A stretch of 64,000 nt of DNA from contig JAAOMT010000590.1 in assembly GCA_016748015.1 (NCBI GenBank), forward strand, positions 677,912 to 741,911. The letters run 5' to 3'. Source of the stretch: Geosiphon pyriformis uo1. Its lineage: Eukaryota > Fungi > Glomeromycota. The notes below the pieces were generated by a model that was not told the origin of the DNA, did not search any database, and saw only the letters and a program-made list of their open reading frames with translations. Positions 51,709 through 63,620 of this stretch are shown in pieces. Each line of letters begins with the position of its first letter. Within the stretch, counting starts at the first letter, position 1. The translations under genes were made by a program, and so were the position numbers.

Positions 51709-52560
51709 TGTTACAGGTGACAATTTCTGGTGTTGAATTAAATACAAACTTGTAACTTGGTGCTCAAGGCAATTGGTAATGATAATAATCTGAAAGTTTA
51801 GTATTTGAAGGTTTTGTATCTGAAGGATTTGGTTGAATTCTTTGTATAATGGACAGAAATTCAATGGTGATAGTGTTTTCCATAGCTTTCCGAAACCACA
51901 GTTTTGTCAATTTTTTTCTCAGCTTAATGGCCAGTATTCTTCCTAGTAAGCTATTCTCAATCGAGTGTTTTATCCTTATTTCTGAGTCTTTTACCAGTCA
52001 CATTTATCCTAACGTCAGTGCTCCACGCGTTAATCTTCAATAGAGTTAGTAAACAACAATAAAACCAAAACAAGAAAATAAAGAAAAGAAAATGAAATAA
52101 AGAAAAAAAAAAAATAAGCCAAGATGATTTGCAAGTTAGTATTCCGTCAATAGCCATGATCAAGAGCTATTGTTCCAGTGTGGTTAAGTATCAATTACTA
52201 TCAACATAAAGTGTTGATAGTGGAAATGGATTTGAGATAACAAATAGTTATTTATTAGATGCTTGTGATTTGGAGAGTTGCTTAAATTAAATCTAAACTA
52301 AGGGGTCTGTTCTTTCAGCTTCTAATCCTATTGCTATATATACATAATTAAGATTCCTCAATTCTTTATGATAGGAATCCTGCAATTCCTTTGAGAGAAA
52401 TCCTGGAATTCTGGAATCCTGTGATTCCTCATTGGGGAATCTTGAAATTCCTGGAATCCTGCAATTCCTGAGAGAAATTCTGAAATTCCATATTTACTAC
52501 GCCTACTTCTGATTGGCTAATAATCATGCTAATATATTTCCTATATTTCTATGAGTAATA
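51709..52560 (-). repeat. 3' LTR (852 bp)
   Basis: About 90% identical to 61005-61880; terminal CA mutated to TA; purine-rich PPT-like AAAAAAATGGAATAA adjacent on the minus strand (52561-52575). Confidence 0.95.
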
Positions 52561-52573
52561 TTATTCCATTTTT

Positions 52574-53233
52574 TTAATATTGAGCTTCATTGAAATCCAA
52601 CTTGTTTAATTCCCCCTCTTGAAGTATTTCTTGGATTTTGTTTTTGAGAATTACTTGTGTTATTTAGGTCTGTAATTCTTCAAATTGAGCATTGGTGATC
52701 TTTTCCAATTGATTACTGGTAACCATATCCATTGTTTTGTTGAGTAATATTTCTGGTCTATTCTGAAATGCTGTGTGTATTCAGTATATAGCTTGGGCCT
52801 GTGTGGATAAGTTGTTCTTTCCCACAAAATGTTTTAATTGTTGTAGTATTCTTTTGTCGAATAATCACTTTGTTTTATCCGTATATAGATTCTGGATATT
52901 TATGTGTTGTCCCAAGTAAAAATAACAATAGTTTCGTGGAAATTGTTGTATTTACCAATTCCAAGTTTTTTTAGTTAACTCTTGATATAGTGGCTTTTTT
53001 GTTGACTCTCTTATTGCTAATTTTACTTTCGCAATAATTTTGTCCACAGTATTTTCAATTTTCTTCTGTGTTCTGGGTTGCAATGTCTTTCTAGTATTTT
53101 AATATTGAATGGTTTGTTGATTGATTGTAATCTCTATTTTCTGGTGTTAGATCAATTGAAAGAGTTGTTGTGCTAGTGAGTGAATGTTGTCTGTAATTTT
53201 CATTTTTCTGATATTTCCTGTCACATCTACCAT
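52574..53233 (-). pseudogene. Hidden ORF3 of the gypsy element (219 codons, 6 premature stops), unknown helical protein
   Basis: ATG at 53233 to TAA at 52574 with no frameshift. Internal stops are 4 TAA and 2 TGA, each revertible to CAA or CGA. Confidence 0.75.
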
Positions 53234-53257
53234 GTCTTTATATATTCTTTTAATGGA

Positions 53258-54640
53258 TCAATTTAATGTATTGTTGTCAATAATAATGATTGGTTCCAAA
53301 TCTTGTGGAATCTGATCTGGTTGGATTAGTATTTTCTGTACTTCTAATTGTGGAATATTACTGGTGAATGATGGTATAGTGTTGTGGTATGGTTTCAGTC
53401 GATCTCTATGTGCTGCTTTGGTTAAAATTTTGTTGTCCAGTCTTAATTTGTAAGCTCCATTCCTTAGAATTTCTTCTATGTGAAATGGTCTATCCCATTT
53501 GGGGTCAAATTTTCCACTCCATTGTTTTTCTGCTTTGGTATGATGTAAGAGTACTTTGTCTCCAATCTTGAATTCAACTGGTTTGTCTGGTAGTTGATTA
53601 TCATGTCTTTCTTTCTGTTTCTTTTGTGACTTTTGTATGTTATCAGCTGCTCTTTTTCATTTGTTTTCCAATGTTTCCATTAAGTCATATGTTCTTCTTA
53701 ACAATATTTCTTGGAAATTCTCTTCTGTTATTGGTTCAATTGGATATGTGTTAACCTCTATCTCCACTGGTAATGTTGCTGTTCTACTGTATACTAATTC
53801 AAATGGTGTTGCTTGTGTAGTGTCTTGCTTTATTGTTTGATAAGCAAATAGTACTGATGGTATCAGCACATCCCAATTGTTCTGGTTTTCTTGGCTGAGC
53901 TTAGCTATTACTTTACACAATGTTCTGTTGAATCTTTCAACTAATCCGTTGGTTTGTGGATGGTATGGTGATGATAGTGGTCTCTTAATTCCGAATCTTT
54001 GGCTCAATTCTGTTAATGTTCTGTTCACAAAATGAGTTTCTTGGTCTGATAATAATTCTTTTGGACATCTATGTCGACAAATTAAATCTTGATGAACAAA
54101 TTCAGCAACAGATTCTACATCCGCTCTTTGAATTGCTTTTGCCTCTGGCCATTTAGTGAGATAGTTCATAGCTACTGCTATGTATCTGTTTCCTTCTTTG
54201 GTGATTGTTAATGGTCCGACTAGATCAATTCCAATATGGTTAAATGATTGTCCTACTTTGATTGGTCTTAATAGTTCACTGGATTTTGTTCCTTCTCTTC
54301 GCTGACAAGCATTACAATTTTGAACATATTAAATGATGTCTGGATACATTGATGGCCAATAATATTTTTTTCTGGTTCTTTCTATGATTGCTTCTTTGTG
54401 AAAGTGTCCTGCTGTTGGATTTAAATGCATGTTGAATAATATTGTCTCTTTTTTTGGCTCTGTAATTACTCTGGTTGGTTGCTTTAGATCTCTTCTATTT
54501 TTCTGATAAAGTATATTTTGGTGAGTGATAAAATATTTTGATTGTTGTTTAATACTCTTTTATTCTATTTGAGATAAATTCTTCTTGAACTGTTGAGTGT
54601 TTATATAATGTAACAGTTGTTGATATTTTTGTATGTTCAT
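53258..54640 (-). pseudogene. Integrase (HHCC zinc finger, DDE core, GPF/Y-like C-terminus) in its own reading frame
   Basis: MNIQKYQQLLHYI start; HLNPTAGHF..CNAC; GIDLVGPL; LLSDQETHF; YHPQTNGLVERFNRTL; KFDPKWDRPF. Confidence 0.9.
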
Positions 54641-57600
54641 CTTTTGTTATATTTTTCATTGGTATTGTTCTGGTTTTGTTATATTTTTGGGTTGAAATGT
54701 TCTTAGATTTGTCTTATTCACAACAAACTGTCAGCATTTCCATTGTCTTTTCCTTTTTTATAATGTATAGTATAATTATATGGTGCAAATGCCATTTTCC
54801 ATCTTGACTGTCTTCCATCTCCAAATTCTTGTTTTTGAAGTGATGTTAATTCTTTGTGATTTGTGTATACTTCAAACTTCTGGCTTAAGTATTCTTTCTA
54901 TTTTATAACTGCCCAGTATATTGCTAAGTGTTCCTGTTCCGGTGTTTCATAATTCTTTTCGGTTGGTGTTAAACCTCTGCTGGTATATGCTACTGAATGT
55001 TCTCTGCCGTCTGGTCCTCTCTGAGATAATACTGCTCCCAATGCTTGGCTGGATGCATCAGTGGTAATGATGAATGGTTTGCTGTGATCTGAATAGATCA
55101 GTATTAGAGCTTGAATGAGCTTTCTTCTCAGAATATTAAAAGCTTCTTGTTGACTTTCTGTCCATTCATATTTTGTATTCTTGGTTTGCAGTTGGTTAAG
55201 TGGCTGTGCTATCTTGGAAAAGTTCTTGATAAAACGTCAATATTAGCTGGCAAATCCCAAGAATGATTTCAGTTTTGTCATATTTGTTAGCACTGAAAAG
55301 TTCTTTATTATCTCTATTTTCTCTGGATCTGTTTTGATGCCATCTTTGCTAACTATGTGTCTCAAGAATTTTAGTTTTGTCTTGCCAAAGAAGCACTTTG
55401 TTGTATTTAACTTTAGTCTTGTTTTTCTTAGTTTTTCAAACACTTGTTGAAAATGATGAAAATGATCATCAAACGTTTTTAAGAATACATTGGTGTTGTC
55501 CAAGTATACAACTACTGATTTCCACAATAAGCCAGTATAAACGATTTCCATTAGCCATTGGAAAGTGGCTGGAGTGTTGGTTAAGCCAAATGGCATTACT
55601 TCAAATTCAAAATTCTCTTCTCTGGTGGTGAATGCCATCTTTTCTTTGTTGGCTGAATCCATGACTACTTGCCAGTAACCACTGTCTAGGTCTAATGTTG
55701 AAAACCATTTGTTTCCACCGAAAGCATCAAATAATTCTTGGATCCATGGAGTGGAGTAGTTATCTTCATGAGTTATTCCATTGAGTTTTCTATAATCTAC
55801 ACAAAAGCAGATCTTTCTATTCTTTTTATGAATGAGTACCACTGGTAATAACCATGGGCTTATTAATGGCTGAATTAGCCTGTTGTTAAGCATTTGGTTT
55901 ATTTCTTGCCGGATAATCTCATGGCTAGCTGGTGGTACTCTGTATGCTCTTTGTTTAATTGGTATTGCATCTCCAGTTTTGATCTAATGCTGGATGATGT
56001 TAGTTTGGCCAAACTCATTTTTGCTGGCAAAGATGTCATTGAAATTGTTGAGCAACATCTTAAGTTGCATACTTTGGAGTGGATCCAAGTTTCCCATGTT
56101 TATTTGTTTCAATTGTTCTGGTTGGAGCAAATAACATTCACTTCGTCTATATATCATTTGTGATATTATATCAACATATCCACAAAGCTGTAGAAAGTTT
56201 GGAATGGGGTTTGGTAGTTGGTTTTCTATTTCTGTGGTTAAATATCCGATGGTGATTCCTTCTGGTATGTTGATGACATTGCTAGTGTTGTTGTAAATGA
56301 GAATTTTTATGTGGCTATAGCTTTTGGCTGGTATGTGGAGATTGCTCAGTCCAATTTCTCCTAATTCACAAAGATTTGCTTCAGCTTCAAAAATCTGTTC
56401 TTGCTCCTTTTTCTTTCTTTCTATTGCTAGCATGTACTAGCTATATGGTGAAATGGAAATAGCTTGACCGGTTGAGATAATTTCTCCTTGGCCAACAATT
56501 TCTTTCTCTGTCATATTAACTAGTACATTTATTCTACCTGTTGACCCAAATCCCTGTATTTCTCTTGCTGTTATCTCTAATTCCTTCCTCTTTCCCACTG
56601 ATATCAATTGAGCTACTCTAACCAGAGGCAAAAATATTGCCTGTGCTATCTTTTTGTTGGGCTCTATTATATAGATCTTTTCTGAGTCATTTTGTAGCAT
56701 AGCAATAATATTTTCTATATATTTTGTGTTAATTATTCCTCTACTTATATTAATCTCTCTTTTCACTAAACTATTCCTAGATGCTAATTGAACTATTGTT
56801 GTTGCTAGAATTTTCAGTGCTATTTTCAAATCAATGCAGGTGCATGAATGTGGTTCTAATTTGATGATATCTTTTTCTGGATACCTTAGATCAAATCCAG
56901 CATCAGTATCGTGTACACGTTCTGGCATGATACCTTCATTATTGTCACTATACCATTTCAACTCCTGTTCTTTGGAGAGGTTTGGCAGTGCAATGTATTG
57001 TTCATATTTTGGGTTGGAGTTTGGATCTGAATTGGAATTGTTGTCACTGTTAATGCCATTTTAAACGAAGCTGGAACTGGTGTTTTTGTCATCGTTCTTG
57101 TCGGAGTTTGAATCAGAATTGAAAATCAATTCTGATTCTGATGTGCAGCTGCTGATTGGTTTTTCTTCTTCAGGGATCATGTAGATCATGTGTGGTAGTG
57201 GATTGTAAATGAGGTTACACTCATTACAATATTGAAAGTCACATGGAATCAAACAATGGTCATATAGTCAAGTGTTTATTTCTTCCAATCTTTGTTCCTG
57301 CTCTTTTCTGGTGGATGCTAAGTTCTGATAGTGTTCATGGAATTCTTCTGGACTGTTTTCTAAGTTGAGAAAGATGTCCGGATTGAGAACCAAAACAATG
57401 TCTGTTGGTTTTGGAGGGTTGTTCTTAATCTCCAGAATTTTACTGGGCGAAGCACTCTCTACTTTGGCATTGGCCATTTACCAGATTTTGTCTTTGTCAT
57501 GTGGGTAACCTTCTAAGTGAAAGATTGCTCAGTGCCAGATGGCTGTTATTGACATGCTGCAACTCACCCAATCACTGATGAGGATCATGTATTGGCACAA

Positions 57601-60600
57601 AGCATCACACATTCCTCCTTGACCAAGAATGTTGTTCTACATTCCTTTATCAAGTAACTGTTCACTGCAAGAGAGACATGGTTTGTTGTCCCACTTGTCT
57701 TGTCATTTTGAGTAACCATAGCATTCTCTATGGCATGGTTTGTAGTAGTAGTGGGTTCACGTCCAGTAGTCTTTGTCTGGCGCAATCCATGCTTTCATGA
57801 AAGAGAGTTTTTTCTTACAGTCCTGACATTTTAAGAGAATGTAAGGTGACTTCTTCACTGGCTCATGTAAATATTCTCTTTTCCAGCCACTGGTTATTTT
57901 TTCTGTGGCTTCGTCGGCTTTTCCAGGTAAGTCTTCTTCTTTCTCCTTTCTTTTTCTTTTTTCTTCCCAGCTGGTTGGCATTGCTTTGTTTTCATTGTCA
58001 TTATTCCAGGCATTGATAGTGGTCTCCCAAGTATGTTCTTCTGTTTCTGTTCCTTTTCTTTTTACATTGTTCCTTTCTTTTCAGTCTAGAATTGGCAATA
58101 GCTCATTGTGCTCGATGTTAGTCCACGATACTTGGTACACCTCCCAAGTAGACTTTGGTTTTTCCTCCTCAAAATTGATGAGTGACGTTGATGACATGAT
58201 GTTGTTAGGTTTGAAATGGTCACACGTGGCTGGTACTCATGTGTATTGGCCGTTTTGGCTAAGTTGGAGTTCCTGTGTGTTCTAGTCAAGCATTGCATTG
58301 GTTTTGGACAACCAGTCATTGCCAACGAGAGCTTAGTACTGGGTTGCTTCCATTACTAATACCTTGATTGGTACAGTGATGCTGTTGATTTTAATAGATA
58401 GATCATCAATCTCGCCAATGGGAGTTTTGGTTGCTCTATCAGCTGTTATGATTTTGGTGCTGGCAGTACGATCAACTTGGTGACCTAATTGGTCCATAAG
58501 TTGTCATGTAATAATGCTGACTGCTGACCCATTATCAAAAATGAGCTTGATAGAGTGGCCATCAATTTTGGCATTGGTGTATATTGCCATGATGGGTTTT
58601 TCCTCAATAGTAGCTCTGCTGAACAAAAAAACTTCTGATGGTTCCTCAATTTCAAATGAGAATATGACTGTGAGTGACTCATCTTCTGTGATGGTGGCTG
58701 GTGGGATATTGCTGGTAAGTGTTAATTGTTGGTTGGATCCTGAATTGGTGTTGGTGGTGTCTTCTAGGGTAACCAGAAGACTTAAATAGTTCTGGGAATT
58801 CAGGTTTTGGATGACATCAGTACACAAATTCCATGAATGCAATCCTGATGGTGAGTTAGAAAAACTGGGAATTGGTTGGTAGACAACCATCGCCGATCTC
58901 CAGTTTTGTGTGATTCTAAGTCTGGGGTGGCCTGATGTCATATTAACTGAATTTTGGGGCGGTGTCTGAATTGATTGGAGTTAATAAATCATTTGGGGTT
59001 GTGGCTGATAGATTACTGGTGGCTGCAGTTGATAAATTTGAGGTTGATATACTGGCAGTTGATAGATTGATGACTGCGTCATTGGCAGGTAAGTAGTTTA
59101 ATCTTGATTTAGATAACAATTTGGAGTTTGAAATCTGTGATCGAGGTTTCGATATTGATTTTCTGATTGTGGATTGTTGCTATAAAATCTGCAGTCTGCT
59201 CTTATGTGTCCTTGTTTACCACAGTTGTGGCAAACATGCATTTTTGACTGTCATGGCTGATTAGATGCTGCTGATGATGATGATGAATGCAACTGATTTT
59301 GGAAATGGTTTGCGTTTTCTGGATTATTGCATCATTGTGGTAATTAATAAATTGTGTGATTGTTAGCTAAGTATCCTTCTAACTTCTGATTAATTGAATC
59401 ACTGAATTGTTTCAATTTAGAATCCAATTCAGATGATCTATTCATTACTAGGTTCACGGCATGGGCATGATTGGCTTTTAATTTGGCAGATTTGAAATCT
59501 CTGGCATGTGTGACTGCGTCCTGGAGAGTGGTTGGATGCAATGAGCATACGTGTTGCAGAATGCTACTGCACAGGCCACAAATGAATTGATTAAGAATTT
59601 GTGGTGCTGTGAAATAATTAGCATCAATTACTTGGATTTGTTGCAGATTTCTATGGAAGCATCCCAGATATGTGGTAACTGCTTCAGTTTCTCCTTGTTT
59701 AATTATAGTGAAAGTGTTGACTAATCTGTTGATGCTGTTGTTATTGCTAAAGTATCTCAAAAATTCTAATTTGAAGGCATTGAAATCTTGGAATTTGTTG
59801 ACCAGGCTTTGATATCATGAATCTGCTGTATCCTTAAGAAAATAAGATATGGTTTGCATGGCTCTGGCATCATTCCATCTGTTGGCTGTGATGGCTTTTT
59901 CTACATTGTTTAGCCAAACTTGTGCATTGTCCTCTTCACCAGTGAATTTGTCGAGCTTCACAATTGGTGTATATGCCATTTGTTATTGTTGCTGTGGTGA
60001 AAGTTGTTGCTGTTGTTGAGGTGGTACTAAGTGTAGTTGTTGAGTTTGTTGGTTTGGTATTTGGATGGACTGACCAATTGGTTCAACTGGTGGTTGATCG
60101 ATGACGATAACTGAAGGTAAGTGTTGATTAATTACTTTGGGGTTTTGATTTTGTGGTGCTTGAATATTTGGAGTTTCGATTTCTGGATTTTCTCACTGAG
60201 TTTGAACATTTGGGGTTTCAAATTCCGGGTTTTCAAGGATCAGGTTTTGGTAAATAAATTCTTGATCTTCTGATTCTTCTTCCTCTTTTTCTTCAGATAG
60301 TTCCCATGGAGTAGTGGTTCCAAAGTCTGGTTGAGGTGACAGTGATCGAATTTCTGATGGTGTTGGTGATCATGACTTAAATTCTTCAAAATATTTGCCA
60401 TATAGTTCTAGTAGATCTGTTTTTCTTTGTTTACTTTGGAATGAGAATTGTCCAAATGTTGATATCACATTTGATGTGAACGTGCTTGTTGATGTTATAT
60501 TAATGGTATTTCCTGGTGTGTAGTGATAGGATGGAACAGTTGGTGATTCAATTTTTGTTTTCTTCCAAATGGGTGGTTGTATCCTTTTGGGTGTTACTGC

Positions 60601-60867
60601 TGGTGTTTGTAGTTTTCCTTTGCCTTTACTGGCGTAAGTAATTGGATATTTTTGTTGGGTGTGATGTTCAATTTCTTTGTTGATCTCAGTAATAATGGAG
60701 GCAAAATTGTGATTTGTTGGCAGGTTGGTATTTTGAATTAATTCTCTGTAGAAAGTTTCTCTGACTGATTCAGTAATCACTGGTGTTCCTAACAAAGAGG
60801 AAATCTTTTTGTTAACATAGAAATTAAAGGCTGATTTGGCAGATATATGATTGTGGTTTAATCCCAA
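54637..60867 (-). pseudogene. Gag-Pol polyprotein frame: N-terminal extension, gag with CCHC, protease, Cys-rich insert, dUTPase, RT, RNase H
   Basis: The main ORF-track fragments from 60867 to 55243 share one frame. CHNCGKQGHIRADC (~59190-59232); LIFDNGSAVSII (PR); FCVDYRKLN, MPFGLTN, VVYLDNT (YLDD with G>A); TTDASSQALGAVLSQ (RNase H). Confidence 0.93.
56437..56961 (-). pseudogene. dUTPase domain within the gypsy polyprotein (between protease and RT)
   Basis: Trimeric dUTPase motifs: DAGFDL (I), ASRNSL (II), GIINTKY (III, from GIIDxGY), IAQAIF (IV), REIQGFGSTG (V). Confidence 0.92.
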
Positions 60868-60986
60868 GTGTTAACAATAGTGTTGAAATAAGGATTTCAC
60901 AAATCCTAAATGGTTTGCTCCTATGTTTTCTGATTCTGCCACTTTTGAATGGTGTTTGTTGGTGCTGGTTCTTTGTAAGATTAAAT

Positions 60987-61002
60987 CTCACAGGGAGCAC
61001 CA
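60987..61002 (-). promoter_or_regulatory. Primer-binding site TGGTGCTCCCTGTGAG, probably for tRNA-Ile(UAU)
   Basis: 2 nt from the 5' LTR. The plus strand reads CTCACAGGGAGCACCA, like the ...CTCACnnGGAGCACCA 3' end of eukaryotic tRNA-Ile(UAU). Confidence 0.7.
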
Positions 61003-61004
61003 AA

Positions 61005-61880
61005 TGTTACTGGTGACAATTTCTGGTGTTGAATTAAATACAAACCCATAACTTGGTGCTCAAGGCAATTGGTGATGATGATAATCTGAAGGTTTGGTAT
61101 CTGAAGGTTTTGTATCTGAAGGGTTTGGTTGAGTTTTTTGTATAATGGACAGAGATTCAATGGTGATAGTGTTTTTTGTAGCTTCCCGAAACCGCAGTTT
61201 TGTCAATTTCTTTCTCAGCTTGATGGCCAGTATTTCTCTTGGTAAGCTATCCTCAATCGAGTGTTCTACCCTTATTTCTGGATCTTTTACCAGTCACGTT
61301 TATCCTGACGTCAGTGCCCTATGCATTAATCCTCAATAGAGTTAGTAAACAACAATAAAATCAAAACAAGAAAATAAAGAAAAAAAAATGAAATAAAGAA
61401 AGAAAAAAAATAAGCCAAGGCGATTTGCAAGTTAGTATTCCATCAATAGCTGTAATCAAGAGCTATTGTTCTAGTGTGGTTAAGTATCAATTACTATCAA
61501 TATAAAGTGTTGATAGTGGAAATGGGTTTGAGATAACAAATAGTTATTTATTAGATGCTTGTAATTTGGAGAGTTGCTTAGATTAAATCTAAACTAAAAG
61601 GTCTGTCCTTTTAGCTTTTAATCCTACTGCTATATATACATAATTGAGATTTCTCAATTCCTTGATTCTTCATGACAGGAATTCTGAAATTCCTGGAATC
61701 TTGCAATTCTTTTGAGAGGAATTCTGGAATTCTGCAATTCTGCAATTCCTCGTCAGGAAATTCTGAAATTCCTGGAATCCTGCAATTCCTAAGAAGAATT
61801 CTGGAATTTCACATTTCCTATGCCTACTTCTATTGGCTAATAATCATGCTAATATATTTCCTATATTTCTATGAGTAACA
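61005..61880 (-). repeat. 5' LTR (876 bp) with an internal ~9-bp GGAATTCC/GCAATTCC repeat array
   Basis: TGTTAC...GTAACA termini, followed by TSD ATGG; the length difference from the 3' LTR lies in the repeat array. Confidence 0.95.
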
Positions 61881-62879
61881 ATGGGTATTATGAGAGTTTT
61901 AATAATAGTTGACATATGATACAGTACTGCTGCTCTTAGTGCTTTGGAGACTGATGGTGCTTCAGAGGCTGGTAGTGCTTTGGAGACTGTTGCTGCAAGT
62001 ATTGATAAAGTTACTCTGAATCAAACTTTGGCTAATAAGATTACTTTTTCTCTGTATTGGGAGAAGGAATTAACAGATCTACAAGTGAGAATAATGGCCC
62101 AATGGAATCTTCTGGGAACAAGTTTGTTAATGAGACATTGTTCAAGCAAATCAACAGAGAACAGAATTTGAATTTATTTTTCCTTAGGAAGAGAAATGTG
62201 ATCAGTAATAAAACTCAAAGCATGAGAATTCTGATATATACCCAATAAATACATTTTCACACCAACTTTGACATCTGTAATTAAAAAAAGGCTCCATACT
62301 AGCAATTATATTCATCATTTGACCAATATTTAGTATTAGTAAGCAAAAGTTTGATTGATAGTTTTAAAGATGTATTAAAAATCAACTTTTTTGGAGCAAA
62401 TAAATTCATGTTGAATGCTTTTCATAATCCAAACATAATTATACAAAATGAAGATTCAGACTTAGATTCAACATATTATGTTTTAAAAATGCCAATTATA
62501 AATGGTAATGCACCCAATCCAAAGTAAACAAAACTGTACACAATACAATATATTTCTAACTTCTTGAAAGATATTTATTAGGCTGTTACACAATTAACTT
62601 AAGCTTCGAAAACATGATTATTTAAAAAAGGTATTAAAGAGTTAATAATAAGTAATAGTTGTGATTTTATTAACAAATTTACATTTTTTGATGATTTGCT
62701 TCTTCACTTGTTATTAGAATTGGTTTCTAAGTATCTAACAATGTTTTCTTAATTCACCTTACTTTAAAAAAGTCTATTCTTTTCATCTATGCAATTTCAC
62801 TGAATTTTTTCATTTTTTTGCTTAATATTCATTTATGGCCAATATTACAAAAAACACAATTAGAGACATTTGGATTTAC

Positions 62880-63620
62880 AAACTGTGTCTTTCTTATCTG
62901 AACTCGAAATCAATTTGATTCAGTAATAAAGCTAGGATGTGTACAAAACCTGTATATTTCACTTTTAGAATATCTAATAACATTAAAGAGGTTAGTATGC
63001 AATCTCTTAAATTTGATACAGTTACGCACTGCAATTTCCCAATGCCATTGTAAAAATGTAGAAGGAATCAACGATTTGAGTGTTTTGTTAATTTTTTCAA
63101 ATATTGCATCATGGCCTTGATGTTGATTTGAAAGTTTAGATTAAGAAATTACAATTCTTTCTTGAATCAGCTTGCAAACTTCAGGCTTCAATTGTAGCCA
63201 TTGTTTTTTATTAGCAATTTCAATTAATTGGTAAATAGGATGGTGCCAAGCAGACCAAATTGGTGCAAATATTCATCTAGCCACAAATCTTAATGAAGAC
63301 TTATTGAAACAAACTCCAGTGCGAAAGTTAATAATTGCTTGTAAATAAAAAAAGACTTGTTTATACTTTAACATAAACATGGGATCTGTTTCATTTTGGG
63401 CCCATTCTAAGTAACCTTCAACAAATGGATTTTCCTTACAAACAACTTATAGCCACATTAATTTGGAAGTCATTGCATGCTTATATATATTACATATCAA
63501 ATCCCACAACTTATGATAATCAGGACATTTTTTAAAAAACTGCAGTTGACTTTTACTCCAATATTCCTGACATTGTGCAAAGTATTTTATATCAATATTC
63601 CAATTGATATAGGTATTGTT
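62880..63620 (-). pseudogene. Decayed ORF of probable transposon origin (possibly DUF6589-like)
   Basis: One frame with few stops: NWNIDIKYFAQCQEY...PDYHKLWDLICNIYKHAM...YLEWAQNETDPMF...YLQAIINFRTGV...FAPIWSAWHHPIYQLIE...QHQGHDAIFEKINK. Family assignment is tentative. Confidence 0.5.

Larger units (their letters stand above)
51709..61880 (-). mobile_element. Full-length Ty3/gypsy LTR retrotransposon (10.2 kb), inactivated by stops
   Basis: Paired LTRs TGTTAC...GTAA(C/T)A; 4-bp TSD ATGG (51705-08 and 61881-84); PBS; order gag(CCHC)-PR-dUTPase-RT-RNaseH-IN. Confidence 0.97.

Noticed and set aside
51849-52043. Duplicated 64-aa gene (also at 61145-61339)
   Set aside because: Short antisense ORF inside the two LTRs; the duplication is explained by LTR structure.
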